Positions 1 through 9,287 of a stretch of 50,038 nucleotides of DNA are shown here, piece by piece. The notes under the pieces were generated by a model, which had not been told where the DNA came from, ran no database searches, and was given only the letters and a program-made list of their open reading frames with translations. The stretch spans positions 1 to 50,038 of the forward strand of contig DEST01000090.1 of assembly GCA_002361365.1 (NCBI GenBank), in the 5' to 3' direction. Source of the DNA: Alphaproteobacteria bacterium UBA3307 (GTDB lineage Bacteria > Pseudomonadota > Alphaproteobacteria > RF32 > CAG-239). The translations under genes were made by a program, and so were the position numbers. Position 1 is the stretch's first letter; each line of letters opens with the position of its first letter.

Positions 1-66
1 CTACTGCCAAAAAGGCTACAACAAAAAAGACAAAATAAGCCTTAAATTATGTAAAGATTAGAAAAT

Positions 67-105
67 AAAAAAATCCGAAGATTGCTGAGCAATTTTCGGA
101 TTTTT
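67..105. terminator. Bidirectional Rho-independent terminator between a +strand gene ending at the left edge and the minus-strand 118..393 ORF
   Basis: Long hairpin ATCCGAAGATTGC-tga-GCAATTTTCGGAT (about 13 bp including one G.U). It is flanked by an A-run at 67-72 and a T-run at 102-105, so it can terminate in both directions. Confidence 0.7.
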
Positions 106-117
106 GGTGAGAGCCTC

Positions 118-393
118 TTAGCACTTTGGACTACCAACACGGCAGCGCGTGCTTGTTCCGAATCCGGCATTCTCTAAACGAGCGATGCGGTTGGCGTGGC
201 GGAGGCAGGAAATATCCTGTGAAGAGTAACCTTTCTCCTTGAGCAGTCTATCTTCCTCGGCCTGATCGGCAACGAGTGCAGATTTCAACTGACGACCGCG
301 AGCAAGAGCCATAAGACGTCCTGCAACCTTGTTCTCAGGCACCTGAATACCGGCACACCATACTAATTTCACACTGTTTTTTGTTGTGGTCAT
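118..393 (-). CDS. Small conserved-looking hypothetical protein (91 aa, 4 Cys); family not recognised
   Basis: Clean ORF with an ATG start, bounded by the terminator at 67-105 and an AT-rich divergent promoter region at 394-544. I could not recognise any motif. Confidence 0.55.
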   Translation of the reverse strand: MTTTKNSVKLVWCAGIQVPENKVAGRLMALARGRQLKSALVADQAEEDRLLKEKGYSSQDISCLRHANRIARLENAGFGTSTRCRVGSPKC

Positions 394-544
394 AATTGTA
401 ATTTTTTTGATAAATAATTCGATTTCTGTCTATATAGTTAACATAATTAAAATCTTTTGTCAATATATTTTTTCAAAAAATTGTTGTTTTTGTATCCCGT
501 TTTGTTAATATCTGAATAAATACAATAAAATAAGTGGCAAAACT

Positions 545-1387
545 ATGGAAACAAAACAAAAAAAATTGGGGATTATTGCCGGCGGCGGTGTGTTGCCGCA
601 AATCTTAATCGAACACTGCCGGCAAATGGGGCGCGAATATTTTGTGCTTGCCATTGAAAACAACGCCGACCGCGCCATTTTTAAACCGGATATGCCGTAT
701 AAATGGTTGCGAATCGGTCAAGCCGGAACCGGTTTTAAATTGATGCACGAGCAAAATGTGGAAGAAGTCATTATGATAGGAACTATCCGCCGCCCAAGTC
801 CGGCAGATTTGGTACCGGATTTACGTACGGCGGCTTTTTTTGCACGAATCGGGCTTAAATCTTTGGGCGATGACGGAATTTTACGCGCGTTGATTAAAGA
901 GATCGAATCGGAAAATATGCGGGTAGTCGGTATTCACGAAGTTTTGCCGGATTTGTTGGTAAAAACCGGCTGTTTGACCAAAACCAAACCGGATAAGCAA
1001 GCGCTTGCCGATATTGCTCGCGGAGTCGAAATCGGGCTTGAACTCGGGAGTTTAGATGTGGGGCAATCTGTGATTGTACAGCAAGGTTTGGTGCTCGGGG
1101 TTGAAGGAATAGAAGGTACGGATAAATTGATTGAGCGTTGCGGTACATACTTGCGCAAAGGTGTCGGCGGCGTACTGATTAAACTGCGCAAACCACAGCA
1201 GGATATGCGCATCGATTTACCGACCATCGGTATCAAAACCATTGAAAATCTGCATCAATCCGGTATGCGCGGGTTGGCAATTCACGCCGGAAATGCGTTG
1301 ATTGTCAATGAGCAGGAAGTGCTTAAATTGGCAGATAAATATAAGATGTTTGTGGTCGGTATTGAACCGACGGAGGTGAAAAAATGA
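545..1387 (+). CDS. lpxI: UDP-2,3-diacylglucosamine pyrophosphatase LpxI (DUF1009 family)
   Basis: The N-terminal KKLGIIAGGGVLP motif and overall length are typical of LpxI. It lies immediately upstream of lpxB with an ATGA overlap, the arrangement usual in alphaproteobacteria. Confidence 0.85.
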   Translation: METKQKKLGIIAGGGVLPQILIEHCRQMGREYFVLAIENNADRAIFKPDMPYKWLRIGQAGTGFKLMHEQNVEEVIMIGTIRRPSPADLVPDLRTAAFFARIGLKSLGDDGILRALIKEIESENMRVVGIHEVLPDLLVKTGCLTKTKPDKQALADIARGVEIGLELGSLDVGQSVIVQQGLVLGVEGIEGTDKLIERCGTYLRKGVGGVLIKLRKPQQDMRIDLPTIGIKTIENLHQSGMRGLAIHAGNALIVNEQEVLKLADKYKMFVVGIEPTEVKK

Positions 1388-2538
1388 AATATTATTTGAT
1401 TGCCGGAGAACCATCAGGCGATGCGCTTGGTGCACGCTTAATGCAAGCTATCCGACGGCAGGACCAAGACGCATTTTTTATGGGAATCGGCGGAGAGACT
1501 ATGCAAACTCAAGGGCTATCTTCGCTATTTGATATCTCTGAATTGGCGGTAATGGGCTTGGCTGAGGTTATTCCCAGTATTCCGCGAATTTTGCATCGCA
1601 TAAATCAAACTGTGGCGGAAATTGAGCGCTTACGCCCCGATGTAGTGATTACAATTGACAGTTGGAGTTTTTGTGCACGAATCCATAAAAAATTACGCAA
1701 GCTGAATTTAAACATTCCACAAGTGCATTATGTAGCTCCTCAAGTCTGGGCTTGGAAAAAAAAACGCGCACGCACGATGCATAAATATATTGATTTACTG
1801 CTGACATTGTTTCCATACGAGCCGAAATATTTTACGCCATACAACTTGGAAACAGTGTTTGTAGGACATCCGGTGATTGAAAATGTGGCTACACGCAAAA
1901 TCAGTGCACAAGATTTTCGCTCCAAATATGAAATTCCGGCCAATAATAAAATTATGCTGTTGCTGCCGGGGTCAAGACATAATGAGGTGGAGCGCCTGTT
2001 GCCTGATTTTTTACAAGTTGTGCAAAAAATGCAATCTAATCATTTTAATTTTTCGTATTTATTACCTACTGTCAGAACTGTGGCTACAAGAGTTAAAAAA
2101 GCTGTTACCGAATCCGGATTGCCCATTACTGTAATTGAAGGAGAAGATGCACGCCGTGCCGCTTTTCAAAATGCTGACGTGGCCATTGCTGCTTCAGGCA
2201 CAGTGGCTCTGGAATTGGCTATTTTAAATGTACCGCATATTATCGCCTACAAAGTACCAAAGCTGACCGAATGGGCAGCAAAACACTTTCTGCATATTCA
2301 GTTTGTGAATCTGACTAACATTCTTTTAGGGTATGAGGTTGTACCGGAATTGTTGCAAGAATCATGTAATCCTGATAATATTTTGCAATATATTGAACAA
2401 TTTTTGAGCAAAAATTCACTTTATACCAGACAAATCGAGAATTTTGCCAAGTTACGGCGTCTACTGGGACTCAACGAACAGACACCGAGTGATAATGCCG
2501 CCGCAGTTATCTTGGAGTTTATTAAGCACCGCAAATGA
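1384..2538 (+). CDS. lpxB: Lipid-A-disaccharide synthase
   Basis: N-terminus MKYYLIAGEPSGDALGARLM, followed by YVAPQVWAWKKKR and LLPGSR motifs, all typical of LpxB. The start overlaps the lpxI stop. Confidence 0.92.
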   Translation: MKYYLIAGEPSGDALGARLMQAIRRQDQDAFFMGIGGETMQTQGLSSLFDISELAVMGLAEVIPSIPRILHRINQTVAEIERLRPDVVITIDSWSFCARIHKKLRKLNLNIPQVHYVAPQVWAWKKKRARTMHKYIDLLLTLFPYEPKYFTPYNLETVFVGHPVIENVATRKISAQDFRSKYEIPANNKIMLLLPGSRHNEVERLLPDFLQVVQKMQSNHFNFSYLLPTVRTVATRVKKAVTESGLPITVIEGEDARRAAFQNADVAIAASGTVALELAILNVPHIIAYKVPKLTEWAAKHFLHIQFVNLTNILLGYEVVPELLQESCNPDNILQYIEQFLSKNSLYTRQIENFAKLRRLLGLNEQTPSDNAAAVILEFIKHRK

Positions 2539-4514
2539 AAAAACTCCTGCTCAAATTTTTTATTGGGTTAAAGCATAATATTGCGGCTGAGCCAGACCGC
2601 TTAATTGCGTGGGTGCCTTTTTATTTTGCATTGGGAATCGCTCTTTATTTTGCTTTGCCGTTTGAACCAAATTTATGGTTTTCACTTGGCGGTTTCGAGC
2701 TTTGCTTAGTGTTGTTTTATGTTTTTCGCTACAAAAATTTTCACTCTCTATTTATTGCCATGTTGTTAATTCTCAGCGGGTTTTTGAATATTCAGGCACA
2801 AACATTATATAAAACACGTCATATCGAAAATATTACTGATAAAACAATTACATATCTACGTGGAACAATACAAAATATTTCTTATTCCGAACACGGTAAA
2901 ATGCGTTTGATGCTGACTGATGCGGCGGATTTTGATAAACAGCTTAAAGGCAATTATCGAATTACGGTAACACCTGAGCCGGAAAATGTGCAAATTGGAC
3001 AATGCGTAGAAATGATAGCGACTATATTTCCGCGTAAACCTTTAGCCATCCGCAACGGATATCGCCTTGACCGCAAACAATTCTATGAGAGCCTTAGTGC
3101 CATCGGTTATTCTAACAGCGAAACATTTGTGATTGACTGTCTGCCAAACACAACACATAACCGCTTTAGACTTGCTTTAAACACTTGGCGACACCAGATT
3201 ACGACCTATATTGATTCGGTATTACCACCTGCGCAGAGTGGAGTTGTCGATGCTATTCTGCTTGGCGAAAAATCTCATTTGCCACACGACATTATTAACA
3301 ATTACAGAGATTCCGGCCTTGCACATTTTTTATCTGTATCAGGTTTGCATTTAAGTGCTGTTGCCGGATTTATTTTTTATGTGGTACGCTTTTTGCTGGC
3401 ACTGTTTCCGGCTGTTGCCTTACGCTGGGATATCAAAAAATATGCCGCAATTGTTGCTATTCTATTCAGTGCTTTTTACCTCTTAATTTCCGGTATGGCC
3501 ATACCTGCTCAGCGTGCTTTTATTATGACGACTGTTGTGTTGCTTGGAATAATTTTCAACCGACAGGCTATCTCTATCCGAATGGTCAGCTTTGCGGCAC
3601 TGGCGGTTTTGATTATTTCGCCACAAGCACTGATTTCAATCAGCTTTCAAATGTCGTTTGCCGCAGTATACGCCTTAGTGGCATTTTATGAAAATCATCG
3701 GCATACAACTTATTGTCAACATGGCTTTATGGCAACGGTCGGACTCTATTTAGGCGGTATTGTGCTGTGTGATTTGGTGGCAAGTCTAGCTACGGCTCCT
3801 TTCTCTTTATATCACTTTCATCGACTGGCACTATATACCAGTTTAGGCAATTTGTCGGCCGGTCCGCTTATTGGGTTATATTTAATGCCGTTAGTTTTAT
3901 TATGCCTGCTCACATTACCACTGCATTTGGCTCTATATCCGCTTAAAGCACTTGGATTGGGAATAAAACTTCTTAACCATATTACGGATTTTGTAGCGCA
4001 TTTGCCGTATAGTGTTTGGCAAACAGATGCATTGCCATTATGGGCTTTGATTTTGATTGTTTGCGGCGGATTTTGGTTATGTGTATGGCAAAAACGTTGG
4101 CGCTTTTGGGGGTTATTACCAATCATAGGAGGCATCATTCCCTTATTTTTTGCACAATCAAAGCCGGATATGGTATTTTCGGCAAATGCCGCCGATATTG
4201 CAATACGCGACAATAATGATGATTTAGTTATGTTACCGCGCCAAAATGATACATGGACCAAAAGTTTGTGGACCGAAAATTTGCAACTGAAAATATTAAA
4301 ACAAACAGAACAGGAAAATTTGCAAATATCCGACTTAAAATGTGAAAATTCCGGCAAATGCATTTATAAAAATATAATAACTTTCGATAATACTGGCAAT
4401 ATCTGGCTGAATGGAGAAAAAATCAATACTTCCGCCGGCGGATATATATTTTTGCAAGAAAAAGCATATTGGCAACCTTTATGGGAACCACAGCAACGTG
4501 CGTGGGAAAGATAA
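2535..4514 (+). CDS. comEC: ComEC/Rec2-family inner-membrane channel protein; no obvious metallo-beta-lactamase motif at the C-terminus
   Basis: Polytopic membrane protein. The segment YRDSGLAHFLSVSGLHLS is the hallmark of the ComEC competence domain. ATGA overlap with the lpxB stop. Confidence 0.85.
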   Translation: MKKLLLKFFIGLKHNIAAEPDRLIAWVPFYFALGIALYFALPFEPNLWFSLGGFELCLVLFYVFRYKNFHSLFIAMLLILSGFLNIQAQTLYKTRHIENITDKTITYLRGTIQNISYSEHGKMRLMLTDAADFDKQLKGNYRITVTPEPENVQIGQCVEMIATIFPRKPLAIRNGYRLDRKQFYESLSAIGYSNSETFVIDCLPNTTHNRFRLALNTWRHQITTYIDSVLPPAQSGVVDAILLGEKSHLPHDIINNYRDSGLAHFLSVSGLHLSAVAGFIFYVVRFLLALFPAVALRWDIKKYAAIVAILFSAFYLLISGMAIPAQRAFIMTTVVLLGIIFNRQAISIRMVSFAALAVLIISPQALISISFQMSFAAVYALVAFYENHRHTTYCQHGFMATVGLYLGGIVLCDLVASLATAPFSLYHFHRLALYTSLGNLSAGPLIGLYLMPLVLLCLLTLPLHLALYPLKALGLGIKLLNHITDFVAHLPYSVWQTDALPLWALILIVCGGFWLCVWQKRWRFWGLLPIIGGIIPLFFAQSKPDMVFSANAADIAIRDNNDDLVMLPRQNDTWTKSLWTENLQLKILKQTEQENLQISDLKCENSGKCIYKNIITFDNTGNIWLNGEKINTSAGGYIFLQEKAYWQPLWEPQQRAWER

Positions 4515-4552
4515 AATCTTTGCACAAATTTGTGTTATTATTTTTGTAGCAT

Positions 4553-5368
4553 CTAAAATTTGATTAAATACGCCGCATAAATTATCCAGAGCCCGACCAT
4601 AAAAGTCGTTATAAAGTTAATATATGTGCTGCTATCTAAGCTATTTTCAACCGATTCTGCTATTTTTAGGCCATAAGAATTAAGAGTTTTATCACCAACT
4701 CGGCGCAAATAGCTATAAAGTACAGAAACATATATCAGTGTAAAATACAACAGCAGCACAATATTACGTATGCCTAAATTCCAACAAACAAGAGTTGCCA
4801 AGGCCAGAATTACCGCCGGTAATACCCACCAACCGGACATTGACACATCGTGCAACCGACGCACGCATGAACTGGCTGCCGGCAACAAAAAATAAACGGC
4901 AAAAATATCCAAAACCATTTTTGGTTCAGAAAGAAAATATCCGACCAAAGACATCAATAAAAAAATCACCAAGCTAACAGATTGAAATGCCCAAAATTCA
5001 TAACGTGAAGTACGCCCGCTGAAATCTGCCATCCGCGTAAGAGCCTCACTCCAACATTTTAGAGCTCCTTTATTTGTTTGATTTATTGACTTAAGAGGAA
5101 TTTCGTTCATCTTTGTTTTAGGCATTATTTTATTGTCTGGATTTTGTTCCGTTTTGGGCTCAACTTTTCGCTCAGGTTCAAGTTCAGAAGCAGAAGTATG
5201 TACCGAGCTTGAAGTAAATGTCTGCGGCTGGCCTACAATATAACTATTTGGTTGTGATTGACCGATGGTGAAATTGCCAGAAGTATGTTTCATTTCGCCG
5301 TTTGACGTACTTACAGTATGTGCCTGTGGCGTTTGGTTAATGCCGTTGTTTTCAGAAAATTCCACCAT
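4553..5368 (-). CDS. DUF805 (YhaH-like) inner-membrane protein with a ~110-aa low-complexity N-terminal extension
   Basis: The C-terminal half carries GRTSRYEFWAF...VRRLHDVSMSGWW, as in DUF805. I moved the start to the ATG at 5368 (MVEFSENN), which has a GGGAGA RBS. The longer track ORF (to 5521) would overlap the 3' end of tsf. Confidence 0.75.
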   Translation of the reverse strand: MVEFSENNGINQTPQAHTVSTSNGEMKHTSGNFTIGQSQPNSYIVGQPQTFTSSSVHTSASELEPERKVEPKTEQNPDNKIMPKTKMNEIPLKSINQTNKGALKCWSEALTRMADFSGRTSRYEFWAFQSVSLVIFLLMSLVGYFLSEPKMVLDIFAVYFLLPAASSCVRRLHDVSMSGWWVLPAVILALATLVCWNLGIRNIVLLLYFTLIYVSVLYSYLRRVGDKTLNSYGLKIAESVENSLDSSTYINFITTFMVGLWIIYAAYLIKF

Positions 5369-5438
5369 TTTATCTCCCTTTTCAAGATTCAAAGGCACTT
5401 CCGGAATTTGCCGAAAGTGCCTTGCCTTATTTTGTTGA

Positions 5439-6362
5439 TTATTTTGCCAACTGAGCTTGTACTTCGGCTGCAAAATCTTCCTCTTTCTTTTGCAAACCGT
5501 CTCCCAGTTTAAAGAACACATAGTCCGTCAATTTAATGTCTGCACCGCATTCTTTTGCTACTTCGGCAATAACATCTTTAACTTTTTTATCCGGATCCAT
5601 AATATAATTTTGTTCTTCCAAAACCACTTCTTCATAAAACTTGCGAATCCGACCTTCTACCATTTTTTCGATGATATTAGCCGGTTTTCCGGAAGCCGCG
5701 GCTTGTTCGGCAAAAATAGATTTTTCGTGTTCAACCGCAGTCGGTTCAACGTTTTCAATATTCAGAGCAATCGGTTGAGCAGCTGCAACATGCATAGCAA
5801 TATGCTTACCTAAATCAGCCAATTTTGCTTTGTCCGCAGTTGATTCCAACGCCACTAAGACACCGATTTTACCCAATCCGGCACGAGCGGCATTGTGGAT
5901 ATACGAGCAAACCAAACCATTGTTTACACTCACAACCTTCGCGCGGCGCAAATTCATATTTTCGCCAATACGCGCAATCATATCGGTCAGTCGTTCGCCA
6001 AAGGTTTTTCCGCAGGCATCTGCGGCGTTTTTCATTGCCTCGACATCACCGTTGCAAGCAAGTGCAACCTTGGCGGCATCTTCAACATAAGCTTGAAAAA
6101 TATCGTTTTTTGCCACAAAATCCGTTTCGGAATTAACTTCTACCGCGGCACCTTTGTTACCGTCAACATAAACGGCAACCAAACCTTCGGCAGCGATACG
6201 GCTGGATTTTTTCGCAGCAGAGGCCAAACCTTTTTTGCGCAACCAATCAACAGCGGTTTCCATATTTCCGTTTGCTTCAACCAAAGCCTTTTTGCAATCA
6301 AGCATACCGGCACCGGTCGTTTCTCTCAATTCTTTTACCATAGCGGCTGTAATATCTGCCAT
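5439..6362 (-). CDS. tsf: Translation elongation factor Ts
   Basis: [27 protein letters not shown] is the canonical EF-Ts N-terminus. The start is set at the internal ATG (6362) instead of the track start at 6443. It lies downstream of rpsB, as is usual. Confidence 0.95.
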
Positions 6363-6461
6363 TATTTTAATCCTTATACTTAAATTTTTATTTTTCAAAC
6401 ACAGCGCGGCAATCAAATTGACCGCCGCGCCCTCAATCCTCATAGAATCAGCGAGTTACGC

Positions 6462-7274
6462 TTATTCAGCGGAAACATCGGCTTCTTTTGCGGCCTTAGT
6501 TTTGCGTGGTGCACGTTTTTTAGGAGCTGCTTTTTCTTCAGCGTCAACTTCTGCATCGGCAACATCTAAGCCTTTTGCTGCGATTTCAGCAGAAACACCG
6601 TCCAAAATCGCACCGGAAATCAAATCACAATAGAACTGAATTGCTCTGATTGCATCATCATTACCCGGTACCGGATAGTCAACGTCATTCGGATTGGCAT
6701 TGGTATCTACAATACCAACTACCGGAATACCCAGCTTTTTGGCTTCTTTAACGGCCAAAGCCTCTTTAGGCGTATCAATAACAAACAGCAAGTCCGGCTG
6801 ACCGCCCATATCTTTGATACCATTCAAAACAACAGAAAGCTTTTCACGTTCTTTTTTATAGTTCAAAATTTCTTTTTTGGTATAGCCATCATACGCGTTT
6901 TTTTCTTCCATTTCGTTAAGTTTATTTAAGCGCGTAATTGATTTATACACGGTTTTCCAGTTTGTAAGCATACCGCCGAGCCAACGGTAATTAACATAGT
7001 ACTGGCCGCATCTTTCCGCACTTTCCTTAACAATTTCTTGTGCCTGACGTTTGGTTGCAACAAATAAAACCTTACCGCCCTGAGCCACTACATCGCGCGT
7101 AACATTCAGCGCGTTATAAAGCATCGGATAAGATTTTTGCAAGTCGATAATATGAACATTATCTTTTTTGCCGTAAATATACGGCGCCATCTGTGGATTC
7201 CAACGGCGAGCGTGGTGTCCGAAGTGTACGCCAGCTTCAACCATCTGACGTAATGTAAATGTAGGAATTGTCAT
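6462..7274 (-). CDS. rpsB: 30S ribosomal protein S2, with a Lys/Ala-rich C-terminal tail
   Basis: MTIPTFTLRQMVEAGVHFGH is the canonical S2 N-terminus. The start is set at ATG 7274, with AAGGA 9 nt upstream. The track ORF extends a further 68 codons into the leader. Confidence 0.95.
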   Translation of the reverse strand: MTIPTFTLRQMVEAGVHFGHHARRWNPQMAPYIYGKKDNVHIIDLQKSYPMLYNALNVTRDVVAQGGKVLFVATKRQAQEIVKESAERCGQYYVNYRWLGGMLTNWKTVYKSITRLNKLNEMEEKNAYDGYTKKEILNYKKEREKLSVVLNGIKDMGGQPDLLFVIDTPKEALAVKEAKKLGIPVVGIVDTNANPNDVDYPVPGNDDAIRAIQFYCDLISGAILDGVSAEIAAKGLDVADAEVDAEEKAAPKKRAPRKTKAAKEADVSAE

Positions 7275-7487
7275 TTTATATATCCTTTTTCCGGTTAAAC
7301 CTCCGCAGACTCTTGGCTTTTTACAGCACCGGAGCGACAAGAACTTTAGGCTCTGACGCCTGTCTGCGTGTGTATTGTTATAAAGCCGCACCATTGCGAC
7401 TTCAGGCACTTTTTTAACACATTTTTTTGATTTTTCAAGCATTTTTTTATATTTTTCAGCTTTTTTTGCATAAGACAAACATTATAC

Positions 7488-7516
7488 TTGCAAAATCATA
7501 TTTTTATGCCTATGAT
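7488..7516 (+). promoter_or_regulatory. Candidate sigma70-type promoter for tRNA-Gly
   Basis: TTGCAA (7488-7493), a 17-nt spacer, then TATGAT (7511-7516). The mature tRNA 5' end is 12 nt downstream of the -10 element. Confidence 0.45.
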
Positions 7517-7527
7517 GCTTTTGTTGT

Positions 7528-7601
7528 GCGGGCGTAATTCAATGGTAGAATAGAAGCTTCCCAAGCTTATAACGGGGGTTCGATTCCCCTCGCCCGCTCC
7601 A
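7528..7601 (+). tRNA. tRNA-Gly (anticodon CCC), CCA encoded
   Basis: Hand-folded cloverleaf:
- acceptor GCGGGCG/CGCCCGC;
- D arm ATTC-AATGGTA-GAAT;
- anticodon arm GAAGC-TTCCCAA-GCTTA (one mismatch at the top of the stem);
- variable region TAAC;
- T arm GGGGG-TTCGATT-CCCCT;
- discriminator U, then CCA.

C2:G71, G3:C70 and U73 fit the bacterial Gly identity elements. Confidence 0.9.
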
Positions 7602-7667
7602 TTGTGTGCATTTAACGCTTTCTAATTCTTCAACTTCACCTGTTTACTGTTTTATCAGGAGTTGCCT

Positions 7668-9221
7668 ATGAGAAAATTATGTTTTATCTCGATTTTCACC
7701 GCTGTTTTTTTAGGCATTTGTTCAGCAAATGCAAAAGAAACGTCCACCGCCCAAAAATTGAAACAAATGTTGTCCGAATCATACGGAGTACCGGTTGAAG
7801 TACAGATAGATGACGAAAATTGCGAAGTTGTATATCCGGCAACGGAAATCACTGAAGAAGTGACTGAATGGGTAGAATCCGATACCGAAAAAGATACTCT
7901 GGTTCCGCAAATTAAAACCGTAACCCAAAAAATTCCACAAACCAAAGCTCAATGCGTTCAAGCAAAAAAATTTAAATCCTATGACCAATATCGAATCAAA
8001 GTCGAATCCGCACAAAAGTTTTTAGCACAACTATATAATCAGATAAAACTCCCCTTAGTTAAAGATATAGAAATCAAAGATTTTGCCGAAGAGATGAATG
8101 TTGTGCCGGAGCTGGGGCTTATACAAGCTCACAAAATGGAAATTACTGATGCCATGTATACTCAAACTGATGATACTACCGGATTGAAACGGGAAATCGG
8201 TAACCTTAGAAAATATATACTAGATACTAGTGTCAGTACGGAAGATACACAGGTGAAGTTTAATTTTAACACCTCGTTAGAAGCATTAAATCTGGCTTTA
8301 CCGCTGATTTCTGTGCAAATAAAAGCGCAAAACCAAAAATCAGAAGTAGTTTATGATATTGCAGACACAAAAGATTTTGATTATAATTTGCTAATCAACA
8401 ATTTATCCCGATTAGCAGAGGCAAATTCTTCTGTTGAAGGTAGCGGTATCAAGTTTAATTCCGATATGTTCGGTGTCGGTTTAAGTTTTGATATACATAT
8501 CAGAAATAGGACTCAGCGCATTGATGCCGAAAACATTTCTTCTTTCGGCGACATAACACTTGATAATATCGCATTTAGCGGTGATTTTTTGAGTAAAGAA
8601 AAGCAACCTAAGGCGCTGATTTTAAAATACTCCCTAAAAAATATTCCGCAAAAAAATTTGATTCACTTAAGTGAATTTTCGGATGAATTGATAGCAGAAA
8701 CACACAACTCCACATCTTCTGATATTTCTCAAAGTACAGACGCAGTTTCTGCGCAAGAGCAATATCGTTTAGAAATGTATAAGGCTCTGGATAAAGTTAT
8801 GGAGCAAGCGAAGTTGGTAAGCGAAATCGAGTTGCAATTTACCAATGCTGATGTGCTGAGCGAATTTGTAGCAGAACGTAAAGACGGTTATTTGACCGGT
8901 ATTCATAAAATTACGGTAAAAAATTTATTTAATATTTTTCCACAGCAAAAACAATGTATAAATAATCTCAATACTAACGAAATTCCGGAATGCGGAACTG
9001 ATTTTATTTTTGCCGCATTGGCTGATTTTGTTGATACAACACAAGATAATTCCGTAACAATTTATGAATATAATGCAAAAGGTATCTATAAAAACGGTAC
9101 AAAAATCGGAGAACCGATAGAGCTGAATTTTGAAAAAATGTACAAAGAAGAACAAGCCGCAAAGACTAATACCAAATCTGTAGTTAGCGGCAATTCTGCC
9201 TCAGATGAGCCTATTAAATAA
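7668..9221 (+). CDS. Orphan secreted protein (about 517 aa), Sec signal peptide, no recognisable domain
   Basis: MRKLCFISIFTAVFLGICSANA-KE is a signal peptide. AGGAG lies 7 nt upstream of ATG 7668; the track used a TTG at 7662. The terminator at 9242-9277 follows. Confidence 0.8.
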   Translation: MRKLCFISIFTAVFLGICSANAKETSTAQKLKQMLSESYGVPVEVQIDDENCEVVYPATEITEEVTEWVESDTEKDTLVPQIKTVTQKIPQTKAQCVQAKKFKSYDQYRIKVESAQKFLAQLYNQIKLPLVKDIEIKDFAEEMNVVPELGLIQAHKMEITDAMYTQTDDTTGLKREIGNLRKYILDTSVSTEDTQVKFNFNTSLEALNLALPLISVQIKAQNQKSEVVYDIADTKDFDYNLLINNLSRLAEANSSVEGSGIKFNSDMFGVGLSFDIHIRNRTQRIDAENISSFGDITLDNIAFSGDFLSKEKQPKALILKYSLKNIPQKNLIHLSEFSDELIAETHNSTSSDISQSTDAVSAQEQYRLEMYKALDKVMEQAKLVSEIELQFTNADVLSEFVAERKDGYLTGIHKITVKNLFNIFPQQKQCINNLNTNEIPECGTDFIFAALADFVDTTQDNSVTIYEYNAKGIYKNGTKIGEPIELNFEKMYKEEQAAKTNTKSVVSGNSASDEPIK

Positions 9222-9241
9222 ATCAGCTAAAAATAAAAACA

Positions 9242-9277
9242 GCTCGGGAGTTTCTGTTCTTTCCCGAGCCATTTTTA
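9242..9277. terminator. Rho-independent terminator shared by convergent genes
   Basis: GCTCGGGA (9242-9249) pairs with TCCCGAGC (9262-9269), followed by a T-run at 9272-9276. An A-rich tract sits on the other side. Confidence 0.7.
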
Positions 9278-9287
9278 CCTGCAATGT

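Noticed and set aside
1-38. A possible 3' end of a plus-strand gene at the left edge (frame 3 reads ...TAKKATTKKTK-stop), followed by the terminator at 67-105.
   Set aside because: Only 12 codons are visible, which is too little to call a CDS or a product. The terminator is reported, but the gene is not.
894-1435. Antisense ORFs within lpxI. Comparable nested ORFs sit inside lpxB, comEC, tsf (5457-6633), spoT, surA, lptD, parE and other genes.
   Set aside because: All are nested opposite or out of frame within strongly supported conserved genes. They lack start context and have atypical composition.
5369-5521. N-terminal extension of the DUF805 ORF that overlaps the tsf 3' end. Similar extensions occur for tsf (6363-6443), rpsB (7275-7478), apt (28322-28444), parE (35042-35125), virB11 (40554-40640), the ferredoxin (30162-30194) and the lysozyme-like gene (28439-28486).
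   Set aside because: Internal ATG codons with good RBS spacing coincide with the canonical N-termini of these families. The extensions overlap neighbouring genes or leaders and add non-homologous residues.
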